Assembly: GCA_963664395.2 (NCBI GenBank)
Contig: OY761159.2
Location: 2,272,001 to 2,336,000 of the forward strand
Direction: 5' to 3'
From: Candidatus Binatia bacterium
GTDB lineage: Bacteria > Desulfobacterota > Binatia > Bin18
DNA length: 64,000 nucleotides
This document shows positions 28,663 to 39,028 of this stretch, in pieces (the first letter of the stretch is position 1; each line of letters begins with the position of its first letter). Below the pieces are notes generated by a model. That model did not search any database, had not been told where the DNA came from, and saw only the letters and a list, made by a program, of their open reading frames with translations. The position numbers were made by a program, and so were the translations under genes.

Positions 28663-30916
28663 ACGGAGGACCCTCAGCTTCCTTCACCCGTACTGTCCGT
28701 TTCCCTGAAATACGAGAAAGATCGTCCGGGAGATATTGTTCAACCTTCTCGATCCCTCCGAGGTTCTGCACTGCCTGAGAGATGCGCTGTAGCTTTTCTC
28801 CGGTCTTTCCCTCTTTCTCCCATTTGCCCCGGATATGCCAGATAGCAAGGCGAATCAAATGCCCATAGGCAATGCACCGAGCATCACCACGAGTCGGCTT
28901 ATGGCCGCCATTCGTAAGTTGTTCCAGGTCGTTTTCGACTAAACCGGCAATCTTCTTAGGGGTTGAAACAAGCGTTCGACGTGCGATGCGTCCGGTTGAG
29001 CGGCATACAAAGACTGTATCAACGATTGAGGACCCCGTTCCACTAATATGAATCGAAGCGCTCATTTCAGCAGGACATGCCAGGGAAGCGGAACATACGA
29101 GTCCCGCGTCGAGAATTGCAACTGAAAGAGGGTAATAGGCTTCGAGCGTATTGTGGTGGTATGTAAATGCAAGTGGCGCTCCTGGTTTGAGCGCCGTAGC
29201 CATACGAGACCAGACTGAAGTGAGTCCTTCAGTGAAGTGGTCCAAGTCTCGTTCCATGGTGATATTGCCTGTCAATTCGTTTTTGTGTCGCGTTGTCCGA
29301 TTTTGAAAAACCCCTCCAGTCACGAGACGGCGGAGCCAGACATAACAGAAGTCCATCAGCTCGGCGTATTGAACATTGGCAAAATAAGGGGGGTCCGTAA
29401 AAACAGCATCAAGGGATTGAGGAGGAAGATCTATCTGCGTTGAACTCGCACAGTGCAAAGCGACGGTCCGGCTCCTCTTGCCCTCTCGTTTTTTTCCAAT
29501 CCACTCGTCAGCAATAGGAATCCGTATCTTCCGACCATTCTGGAAAACAACCTCGAAAGGATGCTCACAGTACTGCTTGGCCTTGAAGAATTTTTCGACA
29601 ATATTGGACCACCCTCCACTTCCAATATTGACTCTTGCTTTCTCTTTCATGAGGCCGAGAAAACTGGATTCGCAAGAGATCAGCCCCACGGGGAAACCGT
29701 GAACCGAAAAGATGTCAAGAGATTTCAGGGCATAGGTATCATAGCGACAGAGCATATTTTGATAGCGGAGTAAGTCTGAGAGGTTTGTAGCTAACGCCCC
29801 TCTGAGGCGTTGATCCTCCTGCTGGGCAATAGCGCGGCAGGCGAGCTCAAGACTGAGTAGCTGCCTCTTATTAAACATCTCCCTGTAACGTGAGTATCCC
29901 CACCTGTGGAGACGGTCTGTCTCGTCTCCCGCCGGTATTTGATTATCCGGTATGTAGTGTTGTTTGCTGTTCCTCAAGATTTTTTCTGCCTCTCCATACT
30001 TCGAGAGGTCGCTGGGAGCGGCCTTCTTAAAAAAACGTCCCTGATGAGTGGCTCGGCAGCGTGAGCAATAATACTCGATGGCGAACATGCGATGCTTTGG
30101 CGGGCCGTCGGATTTCTGGGGATAGACATTCACAGTCCCGCAGTCAGGACAGGCGCAGCGACTACGAGCGGCAGGTCCTTTGAGGATAAGAGGCGTCTGA
30201 CATTGAGAGCAGCTTCCCAGGGCATTGCGGTCTTCCTCCTCATGTAACTCTCCACAGGATGGGCAGACCAGGACATTTTTCGGATGCCTGCGATTTTCTG
30301 CTAAGAGGTAGCCGGGAAAGAGATCAAACACGCGCGCACAGTTGCCGCACTGGTGCGTCTTAACCCAGAGGAAATATTTGACGCTTGCATCTTCCTTTCC
30401 GCAGAGAGTACATTCCGTTTTGTAAAAATCTCCTATTTCAGTCTCCAGTAACTGTCCTATTTCAGCAGCAGCTTCCCTGTATTGGTGCAGGTCAAGTTCC
30501 TCCATTTCCTGTTTGACGATCCAATACGCCATTGGGTTTATGTCATAACCGAAGATGCTACACCCCATCCGATTCGCTTCAAGAAGAGGAGTACCTCCTC
30601 CCATAAAAGGGTCTGCTATTTTTATGCCTTCAAGGTCGTGGGATTCGTAAAAGGTCTCTTGGACAGTGCCTGCTACAAATTCGGATAATAAAAGCGCACG
30701 AAAAAGGGTGCCGGGCCGCCGCGCAAACCACTTATGGACTGCTATGATCGGTCTATAGTTTTGTTGGATTTGCTTTTCCCTCAACGCGAGGCCAGAAACG
30801 AAGGCGACATCAAATTGGCGCTCTATTCCTCGGCAGAGTGAGAGCGCTTTCTGTGAGGGCCCTTCGGAGAATAAGTTCGCCTGTCCTTGAACTGCCACGG
30901 CTCGTTTCGTTTCCAA
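28646..30916 (-). CDS. DUF1156-type amino (N6-A/N4-C) DNA methyltransferase with Zn-ribbon insertions
   Basis: HKWFARRP, motif I DPFMGGG, several CxxC pairs, motif IV FTDPPY, AFTYHH; TTG start. Confidence 0.88.
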   Translation of the reverse strand: METKRAVAVQGQANLFSEGPSQKALSLCRGIERQFDVAFVSGLALREKQIQQNYRPIIAVHKWFARRPGTLFRALLLSEFVAGTVQETFYESHDLEGIKIADPFMGGGTPLLEANRMGCSIFGYDINPMAYWIVKQEMEELDLHQYREAAAEIGQLLETEIGDFYKTECTLCGKEDASVKYFLWVKTHQCGNCARVFDLFPGYLLAENRRHPKNVLVCPSCGELHEEEDRNALGSCSQCQTPLILKGPAARSRCACPDCGTVNVYPQKSDGPPKHRMFAIEYYCSRCRATHQGRFFKKAAPSDLSKYGEAEKILRNSKQHYIPDNQIPAGDETDRLHRWGYSRYREMFNKRQLLSLELACRAIAQQEDQRLRGALATNLSDLLRYQNMLCRYDTYALKSLDIFSVHGFPVGLISCESSFLGLMKEKARVNIGSGGWSNIVEKFFKAKQYCEHPFEVVFQNGRKIRIPIADEWIGKKREGKRSRTVALHCASSTQIDLPPQSLDAVFTDPPYFANVQYAELMDFCYVWLRRLVTGGVFQNRTTRHKNELTGNITMERDLDHFTEGLTSVWSRMATALKPGAPLAFTYHHNTLEAYYPLSVAILDAGLVCSASLACPAEMSASIHISGTGSSIVDTVFVCRSTGRIARRTLVSTPKKIAGLVENDLEQLTNGGHKPTRGDARCIAYGHLIRLAIWHIRGKWEKEGKTGEKLQRISQAVQNLGGIEKVEQYLPDDLSRISGKRTVRVKEAEGPPYEVSF

Positions 30917-30991
30917 TATAGGTTATCGTCCAATAAAGACTATCACGATCAATACAGAATGGCGCTCCCACTCCCCCCACCGTCCTCCGGG

Positions 30992-32398
30992 TCAAAACTC
31001 CATTTCTCTGACATCGTCCGCAATATGGAGGGAGGCGGCCGTCGCTGCCCGTACTTCGTCGAGCGTGATACCCGGCGCAAGTTCTTTCAAGACAAAACCT
31101 CGGGCGGTCACTTGAATCAAGGCTAAATTTGTCATTACCCACGAGACACACTTGCGGGCGGTGAGGGGATAGGTACATGCAGGGAGGAGTTTTGACTCCC
31201 CTGCCTTTGTGGTGTGATGCATCACGACAATCAGCCGGCGTGTCCCGGCGGCAAGATCCATGGCTCCCCCAATTGAACCGGCCCGCATATGGGGGGCTTT
31301 CCAGTTTGCCAAGTCGCCGTTTGCTGCGACCTGAAAGCCACCGAGAATGACCGTGTCCACATGTCCCCCGCGGGCCATGGCAAACGCCTCTGCACTATCA
31401 AAGAAGCTGGCTCCCGGTTGCAGTGTCACAAGTTGAGAACTGGCATTATAGAGATCAAGGTCCGCTTCCCCGGCAGCGGCAAGCGGACCATAACCCAATA
31501 CTCCGTTCTCAGCATGGAGCGTCACGTCGTCAGCAATAAAATCCGAGACCAAGGTAGGCATGCCGATGCCGAGGTTCACATAGTGGCCGGACTCTAAGAG
31601 GCGAGCCGCGCGTAGGGCCATGAGCTCCGGCGTGAGGCCGCTTGCGGGTCCAGCTGGCGGTGCTGCTGTTTTGACCGTCCGGCCGTGTGTTCGCATGAGT
31701 TCGAACACGCGCTCACGTTCGAGCGGTTTTTCACGCAGTACAAGCCGGTTCACAAATATGCCTGGGGTAGCAATCGCCTCTGGATCAAGCTGGCCTGGCT
31801 CGATAATGTGATCGACCTCAGCGATAGTGACCGCAGCCGCCGAGGCAAACGGTGGGTTAAAATTGCGAGCCGTCCGGCGGTAGATCAGGTTACCAGCCGT
31901 ATCGGCTTTATACGCTCGAATGAGGGCAAAGTCGGCTTGGAGTGCGGTTTCCATGAGATATTCTCGGCCATGAAAGATCCGTTTCTCTTTCCCTTCCGCG
32001 ACGACCGTTCCAACCCCGGTAGGAGTGAAAAACGCCGGAATGCCCGCTCCAGCAGCTCGAATGCGCTCTACTAATGTTCCCTGGGGGACTATTTCAAAGG
32101 CGACTTCACCCCGTCCAATCTGCTCAGACAGCGGCGTTGTGCGGTAGGCATAGCCACCGAAGGAAGCGATCAGTTTCGAGATCTGGCCGTTTTCGGCTAG
32201 AACCTGAGGAGAAAGTGGCCCGAATCCAGGGGAGTTGCAGATAATGGTGAGGTCTCTCACTCCGGTGTCTTGCAGGGCAAAGAGCAATTCATGCGGCCAT
32301 CCCTGGAGCACGCCGAACCCGCCTATGAGAATACTCGCTCCATCCCGGATATCAGCAATAGATTCGACCGCGGAGTAGCGAGCCTTTTGCACACTCAT
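30992..32398 (-). CDS. 3-oxoacid CoA-transferase, fused A+B subunits
   Basis: IGGFG, PQGTLVERIRAAGAGIPAF, VNLGIGMP, catalytic AENG, GGAMDL. Confidence 0.92.
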   Translation of the reverse strand: MSVQKARYSAVESIADIRDGASILIGGFGVLQGWPHELLFALQDTGVRDLTIICNSPGFGPLSPQVLAENGQISKLIASFGGYAYRTTPLSEQIGRGEVAFEIVPQGTLVERIRAAGAGIPAFFTPTGVGTVVAEGKEKRIFHGREYLMETALQADFALIRAYKADTAGNLIYRRTARNFNPPFASAAAVTIAEVDHIIEPGQLDPEAIATPGIFVNRLVLREKPLERERVFELMRTHGRTVKTAAPPAGPASGLTPELMALRAARLLESGHYVNLGIGMPTLVSDFIADDVTLHAENGVLGYGPLAAAGEADLDLYNASSQLVTLQPGASFFDSAEAFAMARGGHVDTVILGGFQVAANGDLANWKAPHMRAGSIGGAMDLAAGTRRLIVVMHHTTKAGESKLLPACTYPLTARKCVSWVMTNLALIQVTARGFVLKELAPGITLDEVRAATAASLHIADDVREMEF

Positions 32399-32551
32399 AC
32401 AAGCCTCATAACAAATGGGAAAAATTCGAGCTGACCGCTCGGTCAGGTTGATCTTCGGTTCTCCGCCTCGTAGTATAGCCCATCAGGTCGGTACGCGCTC
32501 AAGAGGGAGAGCGGGTCGGGCTGACTGAATAGCGTAGAGGAAGGACAAACA

Positions 32552-33148
32552 GTGGCTGCCCACCCAGTGTGGCTCTCAAAAGGCGCCCTTCAGGGGGAAA
32601 CAAATCCGCTCGTGACATTTCATTATCCACTCGCCTTTACCATTATCGGCCAAGAAGCCGAAGCCGCGCTGACTGTGGCGGTGGAAACCGCGCTTGATGC
32701 TATTAGTGCGGAAGACCTTGCGTACATGGAGAAGGTCCTGAATTTTGTGACAGCGCAGAAAAAGAGCGGAAAAGTCCCGCCGCCGCGCCGTGACTATCAA
32801 CCGGTTGGAACAATGGCAACTGGGGCAACTGGGGCAACTGGGGCAACCGGGGCAACCGGTCGAATCTGTGACCTGTGTGAGATGGCCCATTACACGCAAT
32901 GGTATGCCGAGTTTTACTCCCCCTTCCGTTTCACCATTCTCGACTGCGATTCCTGTGACGTGCCTATTGCGGTCCTTGGCGAGCACCGAGTCGATGTTCG
33001 TCTGGAAGAGGTTGCGTTTATGGAAGATGCCCTCAATGTTGTGGCCGAACAAAAGTATGCCGGGAAATTCCCGAAGTGGATGTTCGACCACAATATGCGG
33101 CAGATTCCGGATCATTATCATTTTCATGTCCGCCCGTTGCTCTGGTAA
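32552..33148 (+). CDS. Hypothetical HIT-like Zn-binding protein with an internally duplicated domain
   Basis: CDLC, CDSC, C-terminal IPDHYHFH; N-half resembles C-half. Confidence 0.6.
   Translation: MAAHPVWLSKGALQGETNPLVTFHYPLAFTIIGQEAEAALTVAVETALDAISAEDLAYMEKVLNFVTAQKKSGKVPPPRRDYQPVGTMATGATGATGATGATGRICDLCEMAHYTQWYAEFYSPFRFTILDCDSCDVPIAVLGEHRVDVRLEEVAFMEDALNVVAEQKYAGKFPKWMFDHNMRQIPDHYHFHVRPLLW
32815..32859. repeat. In-frame tandem repeat, 5 x 9 bp (ggcaacYgg)
   Basis: Encodes an (Ala-Thr-Gly)5 linker. Confidence 0.95.
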
Positions 33149-33166
33149 GGCGGGGGGAGGGAAGTT

Positions 33167-34198
33167 GTGACTATGCAGGCGGTGTTGCTACTCGGCCCGG
33201 GGAAGATGACCTGTCAAGAATTACCCGTGCCGGAACCAGGGCCTGAAGATGTCGTGCTGAAGATCGGGTCTGCCCTGACATGTGGAACGGATCTCAAGGC
33301 TTTTTTGCGTGGCCATCCCAAGATGCCTCCACCGACCCGTTTTGGCCATGAATACTCCGGAACGATTGCCGCGCGCGGGGCGAATGTCAAAAACTTCCGC
33401 GAGGGCGACGCTGTGATGCTCGCGCCAACCGGCCCATGCGGACTCTGTTTTCATTGCCAACATGACCAGGAAAACCTCTGCACGTCACTCATGGCGACCA
33501 TGGCATTTGGCGGCTATGCGGAATATGTCAGCCTCCCCGGTCGGATCGTCAGATCCAATATGTTCGAGAAGCCAAAAAGCCTGCCCTTTGTTGAGGCAGC
33601 TCTGTTGGAGCCGGTGTCGTGTGTGGTCTTTGGATTACAGCAGGCGACCTTTACGCCCGAAGATACCGCAGTGATTATTGGTGCAGGGGGCTTTGGACTG
33701 TTGCACCTCATACTCTTGAAAATGTTGGGGATGGAGCGTGTCTACATGGTGGCCAGGAACCCGGACCGGGCCAAAGTCGCGGAAGAGCTTGGCGCATATC
33801 ATGTGATTGCCCGTCCGGCTGAGGAAGCCCGCGAAGAAGTCTTAGCGGCCACAGATGGTCGCGGTGCTGACCTTGTCATCGAGTGTACGGCCCAGCCGAG
33901 TGTCTGGGAAGAATCCCTGTTCTTTGCCCGTCCCGGAGGCCAGGTCATTCTCTTTGGCGGCTGTCCGCAGGGAACCAAGGTTTCGCTGGACGCGACGCGA
34001 CTGCACTACGATCAGATTCGTCTGTCGAGTCCATTTCACTTTAACCCGGCAGCTGTGCGCAAAGCGTCTGAGTTGCTTATATCCGGACAGATCCCAACCA
34101 AATACTTGATTAGCGGTCGCTACCCACTTGTTGACATAGGCCAAGCGTTTGATCGCATGCAGCGTGGCGAGGGGATCAAATACGAAGTCGTACCCTGA
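33167..34198 (+). CDS. Zinc-dependent alcohol dehydrogenase (threonine/iditol DH-like)
   Basis: CGTD, GHE, CGLCFHC...C, LEP, GAGGFG. Confidence 0.9.
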   Translation: MTMQAVLLLGPGKMTCQELPVPEPGPEDVVLKIGSALTCGTDLKAFLRGHPKMPPPTRFGHEYSGTIAARGANVKNFREGDAVMLAPTGPCGLCFHCQHDQENLCTSLMATMAFGGYAEYVSLPGRIVRSNMFEKPKSLPFVEAALLEPVSCVVFGLQQATFTPEDTAVIIGAGGFGLLHLILLKMLGMERVYMVARNPDRAKVAEELGAYHVIARPAEEAREEVLAATDGRGADLVIECTAQPSVWEESLFFARPGGQVILFGGCPQGTKVSLDATRLHYDQIRLSSPFHFNPAAVRKASELLISGQIPTKYLISGRYPLVDIGQAFDRMQRGEGIKYEVVP

Positions 34199-34213
34199 GG
34201 GCGAAAGGCTGCC

Positions 34214-35458
34214 ATGAAAATTGTTACCCCAAACGAAGCCGTCCGGGCTATCCCCGACGGCAGTATCGCGATCTTCCCCCACAGCTGTGTCGAACCTACG
34301 ACCTTCTATACGGCTTTCCAGCAAGAGGTTGAGCGCTTCAGCAACCTGACCGTGTATTCCGGGCTGGCGTTTGGAAAATATCCCTTTCTGGATAAGGGCT
34401 TAGGGACAAATTTTCGCTATATGACCTGGCAGGCTGCGCCACAGCTTCGTCGCTTGTTCAAAGAAAACGACCCGCGCAAGGTTGGGTTTGTACCCATGCG
34501 GTTCAGCGAGATCACCAGCATCGTGAACAAAAACGGCATTATCAAGCCGGATGTTGTTGTGACCCAAGTCTCGCCGCCCGACCAGGACGGAACGGTCAGT
34601 TTGGGTATTTCTGTCAGCATCTACCAGGACTTTATCGATAGCGCGAAAATGGTGATCGCTGAGATTAATACCAATATGCCGGCGACGCATGGCAACAGCC
34701 GGGTTCCAGTTGAGAAAATTGATCTGGCCATAGAGTCTTCCGAACCACTTGGGACCTATCGCACGCCACACCAAAGCGCGCGCGACTCCAAGATCGTTGA
34801 CCACGTCCTCGATTTGGTACCTGACCTGGCCTGGGTCCAGCTCGGTGTGGGCTCTGTCCCCGATGCAGTGTTGGGTCGATTAGCAGAAAAACAAGGGGTG
34901 AATCTCTACTCAGGCATGCTGTCACAGGGGTTGATCCAGTTTCTTGACAGGGTGAAACATACACCCAAGATTCTCACTGGTGAGCTGGCCGGCGATCAGG
35001 ACTTCTTTGACTTTTGCGGACGCAACCCGCTCATACAAATGGCGACCGTCGATGTCACGCATAATATTCTGGCTTTGGCAAAGCTGCCGCGCTTTGTCTC
35101 AATCAATTCTGCGGTGGAGATCGACCTGCACGGGCAGAGTAATGGCGAGACCATTGGACCGGTGCAGATCAGCGGCGTAGGCGGCAGCCTCGACTATGTT
35201 GAAGCCGCAGCGCTGGCTGAAGACGGCGTATCCATCATTGCGCTGCCGTCAACGACCGAAGACGGCAAGCGTTCCAAGATCGTGGCTAGCCTGGCCCCCG
35301 GCGCCGTTGTCACCACGCCACGTTTTTGCACCGACTACATTGTGACCGAATACGGCATCGCCCGTATGAAAGGCAAAGACCTCCGGGGGCGGGCCGAAGC
35401 CCTCGTCGAAATCGCCCACCCGGATTTTCGACCTGAGTTGGAACAGCGTCTGGGATAG
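34214..35458 (+). CDS. Acetyl-CoA hydrolase / 4-hydroxybutyrate CoA-transferase family
   Basis: VSPPD..G.VSLG, QLGVGSVPD, SINSAVEIDL.GQ, SGVGG, VTEYGIA, IAHPDFR. Confidence 0.9.
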   Translation: MKIVTPNEAVRAIPDGSIAIFPHSCVEPTTFYTAFQQEVERFSNLTVYSGLAFGKYPFLDKGLGTNFRYMTWQAAPQLRRLFKENDPRKVGFVPMRFSEITSIVNKNGIIKPDVVVTQVSPPDQDGTVSLGISVSIYQDFIDSAKMVIAEINTNMPATHGNSRVPVEKIDLAIESSEPLGTYRTPHQSARDSKIVDHVLDLVPDLAWVQLGVGSVPDAVLGRLAEKQGVNLYSGMLSQGLIQFLDRVKHTPKILTGELAGDQDFFDFCGRNPLIQMATVDVTHNILALAKLPRFVSINSAVEIDLHGQSNGETIGPVQISGVGGSLDYVEAAALAEDGVSIIALPSTTEDGKRSKIVASLAPGAVVTTPRFCTDYIVTEYGIARMKGKDLRGRAEALVEIAHPDFRPELEQRLG

Positions 35459-35586
35459 AAACTTTTCCGCATACATGCGGAACCTCAGGTTCCCCGGCCC
35501 GCGCCTTTTTTCTCTTTAGCCTGTTTGATACTCTCAACCCTTCGCTGGCGCTGCTGCCAGTCAGGAACCAATCTGTTTGTGAGGGG

Positions 35587-36876
35587 ATGATTATGATTGA
35601 ACGGGCCGCTATTCTGAGCACGGGGGATGAAATCACTACTGGCAAAGTGGTTGATACGAACTCCAACTACATTGCGGATAAACTCATTGAAGCCGGATTG
35701 GACGTTGCCTCGATTGTCACGGTTGGGGACGTTTCGGACCGGATTATATGGGCCTGGGAACAGGCCATGGTTCACGCCGACGTGATCATTTCCACTGGTG
35801 GTATTGGACCAACGGCGGATGACCTCACGACTGAACTGGTCGCCAAGGTTGCCGGAGTCGGACTGACCTTCTCTGAAGAAGTCGCAGAGAATATCCGGCG
35901 GATCTTCGCTTCGCTCAACCGCACCATGCCGGAGAATAATCTCAAGCAGGCGCAGTTCCCCGCAGGAGCGACCATCATTCCGAATCATCTCGGAACTGCG
36001 CCAGGCTATCGCCTGGAACTGGACACACCCCAGGGGCGGAAGCATCTGATCGTCCTGCCGGGTGTCCCGCGCGAGATGAAACCTATGATGGAAGAAAGCG
36101 TCATGCCCTGGATTGGTGACATGCGGGGCGGGGGCGATGTCTTTCTGACCCGGACGTTTCAGACGTTTGGCATTAGTGAGTCCGGACTGGATGAACTGGT
36201 GTCTGGTGTGATTGCCGAAGACGAGGGAAAACTGGCCTTTCGGGCCAACTTCCCACAAATTTCCATGCGCGTGACTGTCAGGGGGAAAGAAGGTGAGGTT
36301 GAGCAGCGGGTCGAAATCTTGGCCCAGCGGCTGCGTGAGAAAATCGGCGCGTATGTCTACGGTGAGGGTGATGTCAGCATGGAAGGCGTCGTCGGGCAGC
36401 TCCTCAAAGAGCAGGGGAAAACAGTCGGCTTTGCCGAGGCGTGCTCGGGTGGCTTGGTCAGTCATCGTCTGACGAATGTGCCGGGCAGCTCGAATTATTT
36501 CCTGGGCAGCATCATCGCCTACTCAGACAGTGCAAAAACCCAGCTCCTCGATGTCAACCCAGCTACGCTGAGTCAGCATGGTGCGGTCAGCGAGGAGACA
36601 GTCAAGGAGATGGCCAGCGGCGTCCGTACTCGTCTGGGAACCGATATTGGTGTGGCGCTAACAGGGATTGCCGGACCGGACGGCGGCACCCCGGACAAGC
36701 CGGTTGGGACAGCCTGCCTGGCGCTCTCCATGGACGGAACGCTGGTGTATCGGCAATATAAACTGTGGGGCAATAGAGAGTGGATTAAAACTTTAACCTC
36801 GCAGTTGTCACTTGACTGGGTGCGGCGTGCTCTCCTTAAAATTCCTATTGTAGAATCGGGGTTTATACGCCGCTAA
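35587..36876 (+). CDS. cinA: Competence/damage-inducible protein A (MoCF domain + PncC)
   Basis: GDEITTG.VVDTN, GGIGPTADD, LPGVPREM, AEACSGG, GAVSEE, TGIAGPDGG. Confidence 0.93.
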   Translation: MIMIERAAILSTGDEITTGKVVDTNSNYIADKLIEAGLDVASIVTVGDVSDRIIWAWEQAMVHADVIISTGGIGPTADDLTTELVAKVAGVGLTFSEEVAENIRRIFASLNRTMPENNLKQAQFPAGATIIPNHLGTAPGYRLELDTPQGRKHLIVLPGVPREMKPMMEESVMPWIGDMRGGGDVFLTRTFQTFGISESGLDELVSGVIAEDEGKLAFRANFPQISMRVTVRGKEGEVEQRVEILAQRLREKIGAYVYGEGDVSMEGVVGQLLKEQGKTVGFAEACSGGLVSHRLTNVPGSSNYFLGSIIAYSDSAKTQLLDVNPATLSQHGAVSEETVKEMASGVRTRLGTDIGVALTGIAGPDGGTPDKPVGTACLALSMDGTLVYRQYKLWGNREWIKTLTSQLSLDWVRRALLKIPIVESGFIRR

Positions 36877-36894
36877 AAAAGAGGAGGACCCCTG

Positions 36895-37479
36895 TTGATT
36901 CGCGCTTTCATCGCAGCTAATCTAGCTTTGTCAGTAGGCGAAGAAATGGCGAAGGTTCAAGCTATTCTACAAAAATCGAAAGGTGATATCCGCTGGGTCA
37001 AACCACAGGGATTTCATCTGACGTTTCAGTTTCTTGGGAATATTGAGCAGACTCAAGTTGATCCTATCCTCACAGAATTACGAGCAACCGCGCGTCTCCA
37101 ACCTCCGTTTCGAGTGCGAACGCAGGGACTCGGCGTTTTTCCTTCACTGAAGCGCCCGCGGGTGCTGTGGGCAGGTCTGACCGGCCAAGGATTAAAAGAG
37201 CTGAATACAAAAATCGAGTCGGCTCTGGGCTCACTTGGCTTTCCAGCCGAGGGCCACGCGTTTCGCCCTCATATTACCCTTGGCCGGGTCCGCTCCCAGC
37301 GTGGCTGGGATCAAGTACTGGAACGAGTCAAAGAATATCTACAGTACGATTTTGGTGAAAGCCTCATCGACACGGTGACGTTGTATCAGAGTGATTGTGA
37401 GCCAGGTGGAACAGTATATATACCCCTGGGCGTTGCCCATCTGAATCCCATTAAGGAGTACGCATATGGCAGAGGATAA
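36895..37479 (+). CDS. thpR: RNA 2',3'-cyclic phosphodiesterase
   Basis: Two HxT motifs (HLTF, HITL); position between cinA and recA. Confidence 0.9.
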   Translation: MIRAFIAANLALSVGEEMAKVQAILQKSKGDIRWVKPQGFHLTFQFLGNIEQTQVDPILTELRATARLQPPFRVRTQGLGVFPSLKRPRVLWAGLTGQGLKELNTKIESALGSLGFPAEGHAFRPHITLGRVRSQRGWDQVLERVKEYLQYDFGESLIDTVTLYQSDCEPGGTVYIPLGVAHLNPIKEYAYGRG

Positions 37480-38509
37480 AGATCGTAAACGAGCGCTGGA
37501 CTTAGCCGTCAGTCAGATTGAAAAGCAGTTTGGCAAGGGTTCGATCATGAAGCTCGGCGAGGGCGCTGTCGTACGTGACATTCCCACGATTTCGACCGGA
37601 TCGCTGGGCTTGGACCTGGCGCTCGGCATTGGAGGTCTGCCGCGTGGACGTGTGGTCGAGATCTACGGGCCTGAGTCCTCTGGAAAAACAACGCTGGCCT
37701 TGCACGTTGTTGCTCAGGCGCAAAAAGCGGGGGGCCCTTGTGCCTATATTGATGCCGAGCATGCCCTGGACATGGGCTATGCCAAGAAACTTGGAGTAAA
37801 TGTTGAAGAGATATTGCTCTCTCAGCCCGACCATGGCGAGCAGGCGCTCGAAATTACGGATACGCTAGTCAGAAGTGGCGCGCTGGATGTTATTGTAATT
37901 GACTCTGTTGCCGCTCTGGTTCCCCGCGCCGAACTCGAAGGCGATATGGGTGAGCCGCAGATGGGCCTGCAGGCCAGACTCATGTCGCAAGCGCTGCGCA
38001 AGCTGGTCAGCACGATTGCACGTTCGCGCACCTTAGTCGTCTTCATCAATCAAATGCGGATGAAGATCGGCGTCATGTTCGGCAATCCCGAGACAACAAG
38101 CGGCGGCAATGCCCTCAAATTTTACGCTTCCGTCCGCATGGACATCCGCCGCACGGGCGCAGTCAAACAAGGCGATCAAGTGGTTGGGAATCATACCCGA
38201 GTCAAAGTAGTCAAAAATAAAGTCGCGCCGCCCTTCAAGCTGGCGGAATTCGATATTTTATACGGGAGCGGGATATCCAAAGAGGGCGAGCTGATCGATA
38301 TTGGTGTGGATCAAAATATCGTCGAGAAAGCAGGTGCCTGGTACTCTTTTTCCGGGGATCGCATTGGCCAAGGGCGAGAGAACGCCAAAGAATACCTCCG
38401 CGAAAATCCGCAGACCGCCGAGACGATAGAGAGCCAAGTCCGTGAGAAGTTTGGTCTCGGCGCCCTGCGCTCCGAAGTCGAAGTGGAAAAAGTGGCTAAG
38501 GGAGCCTAG
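37466..38509 (+). CDS. recA: Recombinase RecA
   Basis: [37 protein letters not shown]. Confidence 0.99.
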   Translation: MAEDKDRKRALDLAVSQIEKQFGKGSIMKLGEGAVVRDIPTISTGSLGLDLALGIGGLPRGRVVEIYGPESSGKTTLALHVVAQAQKAGGPCAYIDAEHALDMGYAKKLGVNVEEILLSQPDHGEQALEITDTLVRSGALDVIVIDSVAALVPRAELEGDMGEPQMGLQARLMSQALRKLVSTIARSRTLVVFINQMRMKIGVMFGNPETTSGGNALKFYASVRMDIRRTGAVKQGDQVVGNHTRVKVVKNKVAPPFKLAEFDILYGSGISKEGELIDIGVDQNIVEKAGAWYSFSGDRIGQGRENAKEYLRENPQTAETIESQVREKFGLGALRSEVEVEKVAKGA

Positions 38510-38527
38510 CGCCCGATATTTCCAGAT

Positions 38528-39007
38528 ATGGGTACCGCTCGTTCCTTTCGGACTTCTGAGCAGACACCCCTGAACTATGCCTATAGTCTGCTCGCGCGGG
38601 GAGACTATAGCGCGGCGCGCTTAAGCGAGAAATTGCGGGCCAAAGGGTTCACGTCGCAGGCCGCGAGCGCTACAGTTGAAGCGCTGCAAGCGCGCGGCCA
38701 TCTGGACGACACGCGGCTGGCCCGTGGTCTTGCCGAACGGTTTCAAAACCAAGGCTTTGGACCGCGCGGTGTGCGGGTCAAACTCAAGCAAAGAGGACTC
38801 ACGGAAGACGTGATTGCAACGGCGCTGAGCGAGCGGGTAGAGCAGACGGATATCGAGATCGCTCAGCGACTTGTGCAGCGCCGGTTCTCTCCTGCCGCGC
38901 TCGAAGAGCCCAAGCTGCGCGCCCGCGCGTATCGGTTATTATTACGACGAGGATACTCTGCCAGTGTTGCTGCAAGCGTGCTAGGAAGAGAAGCGTCCGA
39001 CGACTAG
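38528..39007 (+). CDS. recX: Regulatory protein RecX
   Basis: LLARGDYS...LDD...GP..V..KL.QRG...LLRRGY; directly after recA. Confidence 0.88.
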   Translation: MGTARSFRTSEQTPLNYAYSLLARGDYSAARLSEKLRAKGFTSQAASATVEALQARGHLDDTRLARGLAERFQNQGFGPRGVRVKLKQRGLTEDVIATALSERVEQTDIEIAQRLVQRRFSPAALEEPKLRARAYRLLLRRGYSASVAASVLGREASDD

Positions 39008-39028
39008 CCAATGGAAAGAGTAGCAGCC

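Noticed and set aside
35459-35586. SOS box upstream of cinA-thpR-recA
   Set aside because: Only a hairpin TTCCGCAT-AC-ATGCGGAA after the upstream stop; no LexA motif I recognise
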